Shown: positions 1-12,158, counted from the first letter of the stretch. The stretch is DNA of 64,000 nucleotides from Octopus sinensis (GCF_006345805.1 NC_043001.1:51708001-51772000), one strand, 5' to 3'. The notes: generated by a model from the sequence alone, not told the origin. Made by a program: numbers and translations.

Positions 1-131
1 CTTTCTTTCAATCTCCCTGTTCACATGTTATCAACAAGCATCAGTTTATTGCACTTCAAGCTGAACAGTTATTTTACTTATTTCACATGCTCATAAAGCT
101 AAAAATGTCATGACTAATGACTCTCTCTTAC

Positions 132-540
132 AATCATCATCATTAACGTCTGCCTTCCATCCTGGCATGGATTGGCTGGTTCTAGAGGAACTGACAAGCA
201 AGAGGACTATGTCAAGCTCCAATGATTGCTTTAGCAATGGTTTCTATGGCTGGATGCCTTCCTAATACTAAACACTTTACAGAATATGATGGGTGCTTTT
301 TACATGGCACATGCACTTATAAGGTCACCAAGTAACTTGCAAAACAAGACCTCTCAACTTCGTTGGGGTGCAGTATTGAGTGGAAATGGCTTTATTGCAA
401 GAGATGAGAGGTTTAAGCATGATTAAGACAGGTCTATTGTTGAAGAGGAATACATGATTACTCCAGCTTGAAAAAGAGAAAAAGATGATGATGTTGACAT
501 GTCCAGGTAAAAGAAAATGAGCATAAGAAAGAATAGGAAG
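132..540 (-). mobile_element. RTE-tailed retroposon fragment (family D / RTE 3' region)
   Basis: (TCA)n tail then TTAACGTCTGCCTTCCAT..GGCATGG, matching the reverse complement of the tails at 7800-7836, 47826-47880 and 49845-49888. Confidence 0.65.
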
Positions 541-709
541 AGGAATCAGAGGAGTAAAAGGTAAAGTTACCTTCTCAAGTCACACCAACTCATTAGGGCT
601 GGTTTCTCGTTTTTTTGGTGTATATATTCCTCAATTGGACAGGACGCTGGTCCATTGCACGATTACTCATTTTTGCCAGCTGAGTGAACTGGAGCAACAT
701 AAAATTACA

Positions 710-885
710 TACAGTTCAATATTTAAGAGATGAGGAATTTTGTACATTATTTACATTTGTTGGATATTTGTCCTCATTTTGTTTGTTGCTAACACAATGT
801 TTCACCTGATATATCCTCCAGCCTTCATCAGGTATCTTGGAGAAATTTCAAACCTGGGTTCTCATTCCTAAGGTATTTTTCAATC
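710..885 (-). mobile_element. Truncated copy of the hammerhead-bearing SINE-like element
   Basis: About 85-90% identical by eye to 53531-53670. Carries the element 3' tail (reverse complement of 53784-53826) and lacks the tRNA-like head. Confidence 0.85.
791..836 (-). ncRNA. Minimal type I hammerhead ribozyme-like motif (decayed)
   Basis: Minus strand GATAC-CTGATGA-A-GGCTG-gaggatatat-CAGGT-GAAA-CAT-T-GTGTT. Stem I GAUAC/GUGUU, intact core, one stem II mismatch, helix III ACAT instead of ACGT. Confidence 0.65.
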
Positions 886-1606
886 TTAGTGATCAATGCC
901 AACACATGAAGGTAAGTTAGAAGAGAACTGAAATTCTCAAGACATAAGAAACAGCTGCTCTAACCAAGATATACATACACTTATATATATAAGTACATAC
1001 ATACATACATTATATATATTTATTCTCTTTTGGAATAGTGAATTTTGAAGCACATGTAAAGCTATAAACATCAGCATGCAAATATTGAGTTGAAAAGCCT
1101 TTATGGACAGAAAAAGTCGAAAGCTGCCCGTGAGACACAAGCCCACATCTGTTGTAGACATGGCAGGTGTTCTTTAAAAATTCTTATGACATCAACAACA
1201 ACAACAACAACACACACACACACACACATTAATATGGAGAATGGAGATTTTTCAAATCCATAATTTTATTTAACAGTTATTTACAGCCCATTTTCGGGAC
1301 CTACACATGTTCCAACAGGAGAATTTATCAAGGCCTAACAACTCGTTGTTAGCTTGGATACAACATACAGATCATTGTGGTTAGCTGGCAATTGAAACTG
1401 ACTTGTGAGAAAATATGGTAACCACCAGGATAATATATCCCTTAAAAAACTCAAACAGACATTAAATGATGATGATGATAAAATACAGAGAGAGAGAGAG
1501 AGAGAGAGAGGGAGGCAATTATGCATATAAACAAATTGGATACATTAAATATATTAAATATAATAGTTTGGGTATGAAATACAAAATATGTATATATGTC
1601 TCTCTG

Positions 1607-2003
1607 TTTTACTTGTTTCAGTCATTTGACTGTGGCCATGCTGGGGCACCAACTTTAGTCAAGCAAATCGACCCCAGGACTTATTCTTTGTTTGCCTAGT
1701 ACTTATTCTATTGGTCTCTTTTGCCGAACCACTAAGTTACAGGGACACAAACAAACCAGCGTTGGTTGTCAAGAGATGTTGGGGGGACAAACACAGACAC
1801 ACACACACACACACACAAACACACACATATATACACATATACGATGGGCTTCTTTCAGTTTCCATCTACCAAACCCACTCACAAGGCTTTGGTAGGCCCA
1901 AGGCTATAATAGAAGACACTTGCCCATGGTGCCATGCAGTGGGACTGAACCTGGAACCATGTGGTTGGTAAGTAAGCTACTTACCACACAGCCACTCCTG
2001 CAC
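1607..2003 (-). mobile_element. tRNA-derived SINE family A, full length
   Basis: Reverse complement of the 4121-4522 copy, with A/B-box head, internal (CA)/(TA) microsatellite and GACTGAAACAAGTAAAA tail. Confidence 0.9.
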
Positions 2004-2156
2004 ATGTATACATGCAAAATGAGAGAAAGCAAAAGGTGGAGACTTTCGGATAATGAATTTTTAAGTATAAATATGTAGATATTTATATTAATAGGTCCAA
2101 CTTAGACAGAGTACAAACAATAGAGAAAATTAAAGTGAGGGAAGAAAGGTGTTATA

Positions 2157-2871
2157 CACTGAACTGCAAAAGAAACGCAAGACGTGCGTGACTGAAATAT
2201 TTCTTTATGTCAAAGATAAATTTTGATAAATCTGATAAAGTCAATTTCTTGGATGCACTTTGACCACAGTCTATGGGTCGTTGTCATGTGTTTTGGTAGC
2301 GGGCAGATCCAGCACATCGAGATTGTAGCGCATGACATGTTCAATACTACGTATGCCCTCCCTGAGTGCTCAAAACGGTCATACACTGTCAGTACATGGA
2401 GTGCATAAGGCAGTTCACAAAAGCCATTGGCACCTGTGCCCACTCCCTGAGGAAAGCTGCCTCCAGTTCCACATAAGTTGTCAGCCATGGGACTACCTGG
2501 TTTAGCCTGATTGCAATTGGCCAATAGCTTGTTCTCTCTGTGCTGCTGACAACCGAGTCATATCTGATGTGAACAAAGTACAAATACCAGGAATGCAGTT
2601 CAAGTTGATTTTTATACCCATAACCTCCATGAGATGCACGTGCATTTTGGCTTTCATGACAACTGTTTGTGACTGCCACCCACAGCATTCAATGTAGCTG
2701 CGTTTTGGCATCTCGTTTCAGGAAAAGTCAAAAGGTTACCTGCAATTTGGGTCTCAACCATAAAACAGCATGTCTTGGAATATTTACACTTACATTCCTG
2801 AAATAAATTTTCAGAATTTACCATATAAAAATGACATTTGAAAAAAATCACATTTCTTTTGAGGTTCAGTG
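2157..2871 (-). mobile_element. Internally deleted Tc1-like DNA transposon
   Basis: TA|CACTGAACTGCAAAAGAAACG ... CATTTCTTTTGAGGTTCAGTG|TA imperfect TIRs. Minus-strand peptides MTRLSAAQREQAIGQLQSG (N-terminus) joined to VELEAAFLREWAQVPMAFVNCLMHSMY*QC..GGHT (C-terminus), with the DDE core missing. Confidence 0.8.
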
Positions 2872-3052
2872 TAAGGTCAACAGCTGTTTCTGGGGGCTTG
2901 GAGATCCATAATAATGTTGGTAGATGTAGTCCATCACAATATGTAGCCATAATGGACACAATCAACATTGGATAAGATGAGCCTTCATCATAAGAGAGTA
3001 TCTTACATTTCAGATCTTAATGCAGAGAAGGCCAAAGATGGAATAAATATAA

Positions 3053-3059
<7 letters not shown>

Positions 3060-3123
<64 letters not shown>

Positions 3124-3317
3124 ATGATGATGATGATACATGTGTGTGTGTGTGTGCATGTAAAAGTAGAAAGAAAAATTTTATTCAGCACATAGATACT
3201 GAACAGTATATATATAAAAGATAAAATCCTTTTTTAAAAGCAGAAAAATTTGTCGGAAGCCCTCATGGCTGGCTGCTGACAAATTTTTCTTCTTTTAAAA
3301 AAGGATTTTATCCTTTA

Positions 3318-3360
<43 letters not shown>

Positions 3361-3570
3361 GATGATGATGATGATGATACATGTGTGTGTGTGTGTGCAT
3401 GTAAAAGTAGAAAGAAAAATTTTATTCAGCACATAGATACTGAACAGTATATATATAAAAGATAAAATCCTTTTTTAAAAGCAGAAAAATTTGTCGGAAG
3501 CCCTCATGGCTGGCTGCTGACAAATTTTTCTTCTTTTAAAAAAGGATTTTATCCTTTATGCATATATATA
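3060..3570. repeat. Tandem duplication (period about 241 bp) of a unit containing a ~105-bp hairpin, bounded by (TA)n
   Basis: 3139-3321 = 3380-3562. Each unit has arms AAAGATAAAATCCTTTTTTAAAAGCAGAAAAATTTGTC / GACAAATTTTTCTTCTTTTAAAAAAGGATTTTATCCTTT. Confidence 0.9.
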
Positions 3571-3584
3571 TATATATATATATA

Positions 3585-3962
3585 TCTATATATAAACGGC
3601 AGTTTGTCTGTGTGTGTGTGTCTGTGTGTCTGTTAGGTTGTACCCTCACCCTGACCACGGCTCTCAACCGATTCTGATGAAACTTGATACACACATAGCC
3701 CAATGTCATAATTCAAAACTAACGCAGCGAAAATTTTGAAAAGTTCCCCCAGTTCTGAAAAAAATCGATAAATTCGACATGGGGTCGAGAATCAAAAACA
3801 CAAACCACAGACTGTCTAGGGGACGCAACTCGACCTTTTTAACTAAAAAAAAATTTACCATAATTTTTTTCCATTTTTTTGCTATTTTTTGGCAATAACT
3901 CTCTAAAAATGCTTTATTGTTATTTCCCTTACAAACCCGAGCAACGCCGGGTGATACTGCTA

Positions 3963-3963
<1 letters not shown>
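3585..3963 (+). mobile_element. Non-autonomous Helitron
   Basis: A|TC 5' end, subterminal hairpin CCCG-AGCAACG-C-CGGG, CTAG|T 3' end, inside (TA)n. Last ~100 bp shared with the 31284 and 56725 copies. Confidence 0.85.
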
Positions 3964-4020
<57 letters not shown>

Positions 4021-4120
4021 TTCAGTATCTACACATTGAATAAAATTTATCTTTCTACTTGTTCTACAATACATTTCAATGCTTCGAAAACAAACTTGTT
4101 TGTTTAATATATATATATAT

Positions 4121-4522
4121 AGGCACAGGAGTGGCTGTGTGGTAAGTAGCTTGCTAACCAGCCACATGGTTCCAGGTTCAGTCCCACTGTGTGGCATCTT
4201 GGGCAACTGTTTTCTGCTATAGCCCCAGGCCGACCAATGCCTTGTGAGTGGATTTGGTAGACGAAAACTGAAAGAAGCCTGTCGTATATATGTATATATA
4301 TATGTGTGTGTGTGTGTGTGTTTGTGTCTGTGTTTGTCCCCCTAGCATCGCTTGACAACTGATGCTGGTGTGTTTACGTCCCCGTAACTTAGCGGTTCGG
4401 CAAAAGAGACCGATAGAATAAGTACTGGGCTTACAAAGAATAAGTCCTGGGGTTGATTTGCTCGACTAAAGGTGGTGCTCCAGCATGGCCACAGTCAAAT
4501 GACTGAAACAAGTAAAAGAGTA
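4121..4522 (+). mobile_element. tRNA-derived SINE family A, full length
   Basis: AGGCACAGGAGTGGCTGTGTGGTAAG...GGTTCAGTCCC head, CTTGGGCAA core-like motif, internal microsatellite, 3' stem-loop CAGTC-AAAT-GACTG. Confidence 0.9.
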
Positions 4523-4789
4523 TAGATATATATATATCAGTTGATATATATATATAATTGGTATACTACCAATTCTAGGTTTAGGCATTTCTCATGTATA
4601 TATGCATGCACTCAAACATTCATACATAACAATGTTTCTTGTCTGTTATAGACGGTTTGAGAATTTTCACCTGAAAAATCTCTCTCAAAAGTGGAGGCTT
4701 GGACAAGGTTGTTTTTTTTTTTAATTTGGAGTCAGGTAGTTGCTCATGTATGCAAGCCTTTACTCTTTTCATACCATCAACATTTTCTG

Positions 4790-6723
4790 AAAAAACCTAA
4801 GCCAATACAGATTGGTACCAGTATCAAAATGGCCATTAAAGATAAGAAGATGGGGAAAGTAGTAGATCCATCAGAAATAATTGGCCAAGATGCTGAGAAA
4901 TATCTGCCAAAGAATGGCTGAAGCTAGTCACTCACATAGTCAATCAAGTAATACAGGTGTCATAGTATCATCAACTGAAACAAGAATAAGGAAGATGTAT
5001 TGAGAAGAAGCAACTATAGTGGTATCAAATTGATGGACCATGTTATGAAGTAAACAAAAAGAGTCTTAGTACAACTGATTAGGAAGAGAATTGCTAGCTG
5101 AAATATGGTTCAGATTGATGCCTGGTTTGTGTATTATTGACGTTAACTTCCCAGTGGGACAACTACATGAGAACTTGATTTTTAGCAAAGACTCCTCTTC
5201 TCTACTTGAGACCCCCTTCGGTCATGACTGACCGTGGAATTGCACCTAGAAAGTTACCTTCCCAGGCACAAGTCTGGGCAGGGTTGTTTTATGGAAGACC
5301 AGCAGTCGCCCATGAATACTGGCCTCCCTTCTCCATGCCACCAGTTATCCAAGGGAAAGGTAACAGCAGATACAGCTTGGCACCTGTGACGTCGTAACTC
5401 ATTTCTACAGCTGATTGAACTGGAGCAACATGAAACAAAGTGTCTTGCTCGAGAACACAACATGCAGCCTGGTCCGGGATTTGAACTCACAACCTCACGA
5501 TCGTAAGCTCGATGCTCTAACCACTGAGCCATGTGCCTCCACACTTCTCTACTTAGCAATTGTTGATCTAGAGGCCTTTGACAGGGTATCAGGAACTGTA
5601 ATCTGGTGGTTGGAAAGTGGTACCAGTCAGGTACAGAGATGCAATCAAAAGAGTAAGAGTTAGAAATGAATTGAGTGAGAATTTAGTATGCATCTAGGTA
5701 TACATCAAGTTCAGGTCTCAGCTACTTCTTACGTTTTTTGCAAACTATAAAAGATCCAGTCTTGTTGTCCATAGGAACTCATATGCTGATGACCTAGCGC
5801 TCATAGTGGAACTTGTGGAAGGTTTAGAGAAGAAATTCCAGACATGGAAACAAAACTCAGAATCAAGAAACCTTAGAGAATATTAGCAAAGGCTAAAGTT
5901 TTAATAAGTACGTATGAAGACAGGACTTTGTTGACATTAGAGAATAGGCCATACTCGATATAGAAAAGAAGTGGGTAGGAATTCCTAACCATGCGCTTGA
6001 AGTGATCTTTGGGAGCACAAGGGAGCACTTTGGGAGCACAAGAGGTGCACTAGGCTGTTATTGAAAAATTTTCTATGTGTCAGATGCACAGAAGTAGTTA
6101 GCAGACATAGCACCAGTAAAATAGACTCTATCTAATGCTTAGAAGACTTCATAGAAGTAGTTGATGGCTTCTGTTACCTAGGTAATATTATGAGAAGCAG
6201 AGAAGAGTGTTTTGAAAGTATTACAGCCAGAATAAGAAAAGAGTGAGGTGGGGGAAATTTTTGGATCTCTCTTTAAGTGAGGGGTACACTGTATGATGTC
6301 CATGTGTAATCAGCGACACTCTATGGTAGTGAGATACAGGTACTGACTGTGTAATGCAAATGTGCATGAACTATATGGTACTAAGGCGCTTACAAATGAA
6401 CTGGGTATAAGAGGAATTAGATGTAGTGTACAACAAATCTACTGTATTAGTAGACATGTATATGAATAATGATAGTTGGATAAACAAGTGCCTGGAGATC
6501 CATATGAAAGGAACCTATTGGAAAGGAAAACTGGAAGTCAAGGGCAAAAGTGTTGAAAGCAAATCTCACTCTGTTGAACCTCACAAAGGAGGCACAAAGA
6601 CATGCAAAAAGTAGTGTGATGCTATGTTGTCCAATCCATTCAAGCATTGAAAAGAAAGACATAAAAGTGATGTTGAGATGCCTGCATGGAAAACGGATGT
6701 TAGATGATGATGATGATGATGAT
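4790..6723 (+). mobile_element. Decayed RTE-clade LINE (RT domain to 3' end), interrupted by a SINE
   Basis: Peptide relics IKMAIKDKKMGK, NYSGIKLMDHVMK, YLAIVDLEAFDRV, YADDLALIVELVEGLEEKFQTWKQ, and 3' end GCATGGAAAACGGATGTTA(GAT)n. Confidence 0.8.
5208..5543 (-). mobile_element. tRNA-derived SINE family B (CORE-like domain) with 11-bp TSD
   Basis: TSD CTTCTCTACTT at 5197-5207 and 5544-5554. Minus-strand head GGCTCAGTGGTTAG..GAGTTCAAATCCC then TTCTCGAGCAAGACACTTT..TTGCTCCAGTTCAATCAGCTG. Confidence 0.85.
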
Positions 6724-6726
6724 ATG

Positions 6727-7210
6727 TATATGTACCGGCATGGTTTTGGCTTGGCTGTGTTGTTAAAAAGATTGCTTCCCAACTATGTGGTCTTGAGTTC
6801 AATCCTAACATGTGGCACCTTGGGAAAGAGCCCCAGGTTTATCAAAACCTTGTAAGTGGAAACAAAGAAGTCTGTCATAGACAGACAGGTAGATAGATAG
6901 ATGGATAGATAGATAAATGGATAGACAGACAGAATATATATATATATATATGCACAAATATAGGCAGATATAATATATATGTATAAACCTTTGTTGTCTT
7001 AGAGTTTGCTTGACTCACACCATCATTTGACAACTAATGTTGGTTTGTCTATGTCTTTGTAACAGTGGTTTGAGCACATCAGCAAAAGCGACTGATAGAA
7101 TAAGTATCAAGCTTAAAAAAGAAGTACTAGGATCAATTTGTTTGACTAAGCCTTAAAGGTGGTATTCCAGCATAGTAGCAGTCAAACAACTGAAACAGGC
7201 AAAATTTAAA
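6727..7210 (+). mobile_element. Degenerate SINE family A copy
   Basis: Colinear, diverged match to head, (GATA)/(TA) middle and tail. Confidence 0.7.
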
Positions 7211-7523
7211 AGATTAAAAACACACACACACACACAAACACACATGGACTATTTAATTTTTAATATTTTAGTTGATCACTTCAGTGAATAACATAACATT
7301 TAGACAATTTTAAATGTGCTTTACAAAACCCATTTTTATCTTTTTGCATCATTACATATGAAGATTTAGAAATAAGGAAACTCTGAATAAGTAACACAAG
7401 CAAAATCAGCCTTTGATAAAAGTTAAATCACAACAGTTTTGAGTACTTTTCTTTCTTTATTACAAGTCAGTCTAGTATCAACTGATAATCAACTCTCTCA
7501 CTCTTTCTCTCTTTTACATATAC

Positions 7524-7615
<92 letters not shown>

Positions 7616-8323
7616 ATAAGTATGTATATATATATATATATATATATACATATATGTATATATATGTGAGTGTGTATGTATGTATGTATGCATGCATATA
7701 TATGTATGTGTATATGTATGTATATATATATATATAGATCACACTGGGCCTGGTGCAGCCTTCTGGCTTCCCAGACCCCAGTTGAACCATCCAACCCATG
7801 CCAGCATGGAAAGCGGACGTTAAATGATGATGATGATATATGAAACAGTCTCAGAAATCAGACCAACACCAAAACTTCAAAGTTACAAACAAACATTAAT
7901 TTTTTACGCAACATATATACTTTTGAGTGCGTTTTCAGTTAAAGTTTGAATGTCTTTATGCATAATTACATATAAAACAAACACACAGTGTATGTATTGC
8001 GTTATATCATATCACTAAAGAAAAGTTGTATGACTGACCTAATCTTATTCACACAGACATGTAAAGGAAAAAAAAAACAAAAAACAAAAATAGAAACACA
8101 AAGCATAACTAACTGCAATAAAAATTAAAAGGTAGGCCACATACCCTGTATGCATATTTAAACATCCATCAGGTTGTCAATAGAAACCAATGTAAGTTTG
8201 TAATCCAAACAGAAATTTTCCAAAATGACATACCTTCTGAAAAAAAGAAAGAAAATAGTATATTTACATATACACACACACATGTACAATCACTAATCTG
8301 AAATGTATCTATTTTTTTACTAT

Positions 8324-8715
8324 TTTACTTGTTTCAGTCATTTGAATGTGGCCATGCTGGAGCACTGCCTTTAATCGAGCAACTCGACCCTGGGACTTAT
8401 TCTTTTGTAAGCCCAGTACTTATTCTATCGGTCTCTTTTGCCGAACCGCTAAGTAACGGGGACATAAACACACCAGCATCGGTTGTCAAGCAATGCTAGG
8501 GGGACAAACACAGACACACAAATACACACACATATATATATATATACATATATACGATGGGCTTCTTTCAGCTTCCGTCTACCAAATCCACTCACAAGGC
8601 TTTGGCCAGCCTGAGGCTATACTAGAAGATATTCGCCCAAGGTGCCACGCAGTGGGACTGAAACCGGAACCATGTGGTTCGTAAGCAAGCTACTTACCAC
8701 ACAGCCACTCCTGCA
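8324..8715 (-). mobile_element. SINE family A, full length
   Basis: Reverse complement match to the 4121-4522 copy. Confidence 0.9.
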
Positions 8716-8886
8716 TTTGTACACAAGATCACATGATTTCGACCTTCTTTGGTCCTGTCAATGATGGTCACTCAATTGCTAGAGATAGTAGCAACTCATT
8801 TCCCTGCCAGTGATATATAGAATTTACCAGTGCAGAATATAGAATGTACAAGAGCAGGTGCCATTATCACGATTAACCAGTGAGCT

Positions 8887-9207
8887 GGTTAAAAAGTATA
8901 AATTAGCAACAGAGACAGTACTAATACAAAGAAGTAATATTTATCCCCACTTAAACATAGATGTTCAGTTAGAACAAACTCTGCTGTGGTAGATACCATG
9001 AGAGAAACTCTAATATTGGCCTTTGGTGCAAAATTCACTCTTGTTTATATTACTAGCATTTTGCACCGAAAGCCAATGTGAGAGTTTCTCTCATTTGGTA
9101 GCTATGTCAGTATAGTTTGTTCTAATAAAACATCCACATTTTAAGTGGGAATAAATATTACCTCTCAGTGTCAATATTGTGTCTGCTGCTAATAAATACC
9201 TTTTACC
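8887..9207. repeat. Long imperfect palindrome (~150-bp arms, 23-nt loop 9035-9057)
   Basis: For example ATGAGAGAAACTCT..TTGGCCTTTGGTGCAAAAT pairs with ATTTTGCACCGAAAGCCAAT..AGAGTTTCTCTCAT, and GTAATATTTATCCCCACTTAAA with TTTAAGTGGGAATAAATATTAC. Confidence 0.85.
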
Positions 9208-9561
9208 AAGGTATGGTCATGTTTGCTTTGCACCTCACACACACACACACACATATATAATGCATATGCATAGCATTATGTCCTATCAGTAGTGGAAAGT
9301 TGTATGACTGACCTAATTTAATGCACAGACATGTAAAGAATAAAGCTCTGCTTTGATGAGATAACATGTTGTTGTGGGCAAGTGGTGCTTCTGCTACAGT
9401 GAAGGGTTGACTAATATCTTACGAGTAAGATTTGGCAGGCAAAATCTTGTGTAGACATTCATGCCCATACACAAACACACTGCATGTATACCTGGTTTCT
9501 ATTATTCTCCAATGAAAAGTAATATACTCTCCTATATTCTAGAAACATTATCAAGCCAATA

Positions 9562-9794
9562 ACTATTTCTTTACTACCCAAAAGGGGCTAAACACAGAAG
9601 GGACAAACAAGGGCAGACAAATGGATTAAGTCGATTATATCAACCCCAGTGTGTAACTGGTACTTATTTAATCAACCCCGAAAGGATGAAAGGCAAAGTC
9701 AACGTTGGTGGAATTTGAACTCAGAATGTAGCGACAGACGAAATACCACTAAGCATTTCGCCTGGCGTGCCAATATTTCTGCCAACTTGCTGCC
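9562..9794 (-). mobile_element. tRNA-derived SINE family C with 14-bp TSD
   Basis: TSD TTATCAAGCCAATA at 9548-9561 and 9795-9808. Minus strand GAGTTCAAATTCC B box and central GCCTTTCATCCTTTCGGGGTTGAT, which resembles a Meta-type domain from memory. Confidence 0.85.
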
Positions 9795-11512
9795 TTATCA
9801 AGCCAATACCACAACAGTATAACTTCTGCAATAAAATCAAATAAAATCAGATAAATCAATCAATATCAAAAATACTTCATTAAGCTCCATTTTCTTTTTC
9901 TTTTTTTACTTTCATTTTGCTGAGGCTTCCTCTTTATAAATGCAAATATAATTTTTTTTGGAAAAAACAGAATCTTGCAGTCTAGTTTTTTATTTTTAGT
10001 TTGTGAAGCTGCTCATATCAATGTTTTTATGAAACACCTATAGGCTCCCAATTTCTTAAATGACACATAAATTGAGGCTTCACAAGTTTATATCACTTAA
10101 AGATTACTACAAGTATACCTACACATGAAATTACCTTCCTCCTAAAAATGTTTTCTGACGACCAAGTCTGTCTAAACTTAGATCTAAGCCTAACTCTAAA
10201 TGCAAACAAGGCCATGTGAATTCCTTTTTCTCAACAACCAATCTGGTATTTTCTCCTCATCCTGCCAGTCATTGTCAACAAAGCAGACACAGAAATGACA
10301 AACTATATGTCTTCAATACCTCTTCAGCCTGCATATTTAACCTCTACCTTCCTTTTTATTATTCTGTATTCTTTTATTATATTTTGTTCACCAGGTCTTT
10401 TCCCAGTGGTTTTCTTCTACATCATTTTAAAATTTCTTATTCTTCACTTTTCCCCACTTCTTATCAAATGATAATTCTTATTCTTCTAGTTCCAAGAGCA
10501 TTTACATGTCTAGAATATCATCACCTATTGAACTCCATCTCCTATCAACTAGACTGCATGAATTGACATAACTAAACACACACAAAAAAAAAAAAACAGA
10601 AACAAAAGTGAAAAAATACAAGACAGTATAAAATTGTTTTGGCAAGCCGCTACCACGCAAGTTGGAAATAAAGGAGAAAGTAACAGAAGCAAAGTATAAA
10701 TGAAAGAAACACAAAAAAGTTTACACTTCTTCTATTTCTAACTTGCATAATACTGGCTTCCCAAATCAATTTTAAGTCTATCTCACTATGTTTCATTTAA
10801 ACTACATACAACAAGACAGGAAACTTTGCATGGTCAGATATTTTAGGAAAAAAGCTCATGTATGCTACTGTTTTGTGTGTGTGTGTGCATATACTTATAC
10901 AGATACATATGCATATATGCACAAACATATACACTTGCACATACATATATACACACAATGCACATACACATTCGCATACCTACAGACACATACATACTCA
11001 TTCATGCACATACACACACATAAAGACATCAGAGAGAGATAACCCTGAGCAGATTAGAAAGCCATAGCTTTATAATGGAACAGTCAATATTAGTGACTGA
11101 CTTGTGCACACAGATCAGGTCAGAACAAATATAGTAGTAGAAGCAGCGCTAAGCAGTGATAAGAAATAAAAAAACTTTTAGGTTAGTTCAAATACATTTG
11201 TGACATATTTTAACTTCTGAAGGTAATTTCACTGCAAGTTACCTTGGGGGGAAAAGTTCTCACTTTTGGTAAACTTGCATTTTTTTCAATATTTCAGGGT
11301 TAGAACCCTGTCATGAGGATATGTAGAGAAATGAGAGGTGGTATAGAAGCTGTTACCTTTGCTCAGAATGGTAGAGGTTGTCATCATATACCAAAAATTT
11401 AACAATGACCACATCAAATTTGATATTAAACACTCTGGAAAATCTAGAGCCTTCTCTCAGCTCTATTTTCAACTTGGGGTTATGGCAAAAAGCTCAAATT
11501 ATACCAACATCT

Positions 11513-11745
11513 TATTTCTTTACTGCCCACAAGGGGCTACACACAGAGGGGACAAACAAGGACAGACAAATGGATTAAGTCGATTATATCGACCTCAGTG
11601 TGTGACTGGTACTTATTTAATTGACCCCGAAAGGATGAACGGCAAAGTCGACCTCGGCAGAATTTGAACTCAGAACGTAGCAGCAGACGAAATACCACTA
11701 AGTATTTCACCTGGCGTGCTAACGTTTCTGCCAGTTCGCCACCTT
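11513..11745 (-). mobile_element. SINE family C with 17-bp TSD
   Basis: TSD AAATTATACCAACATCT at 11496-11512 and 11746-11762. Confidence 0.9.
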
Positions 11746-11994
11746 AAATTATACCAACATCTGTTTGAAAGTAACCAGCAGGAAGCAAGTTGGTCCTTAC
11801 CACCAGAGCTAAAGCCACTTTTGTATGAAACAAAATTTTACATACAAGCAACAGGTGCAGTAACATAACAGACTAAGCTCTCAAAATCAAATGGTTCTGC
11901 AAGATCCTGCAAGACAGTGGCTATCCAGCATCTTTCACCAAACAACAGTATATCAATAACTGCGATGTTAGTAAACATCATAAGAAGGTTCAAA

Positions 11995-12158
11995 GCACTG
12001 GTGCTGATGCTACATAAAACACACTGATGATGGTGCCATGTAAAAAGCTCTGGTGATGGTTCCACATAAAAAGCTCTGGTGATGGTTCCACATAAAAAGC
12101 ACTGGTGATGGTGCCACATACAAAGGAATGGTGATGGTCCCATGTAAAAAGCACCCAG
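11995..12158 (+). repeat. ~26-bp minisatellite (GCACTGGTGATGGTKCCACATAAAAA)n, about 6 units
   Basis: Tandem units visible. A related array is at 25137-25245 and single units head family-D elements. Confidence 0.85.

Noticed and set aside
4486-4512. Family A tail CAGTC-AAAT-GACT-GAAAC as a hammerhead
   Set aside because: Has a stem plus GAAAC but no CUGANGA upstream. More likely a LINE-recognition 3' stem-loop
11995-12158. CRISPR-like appearance of regularly repeated units
   Set aside because: No unique spacers, eukaryotic context and no cas genes. It is a plain minisatellite
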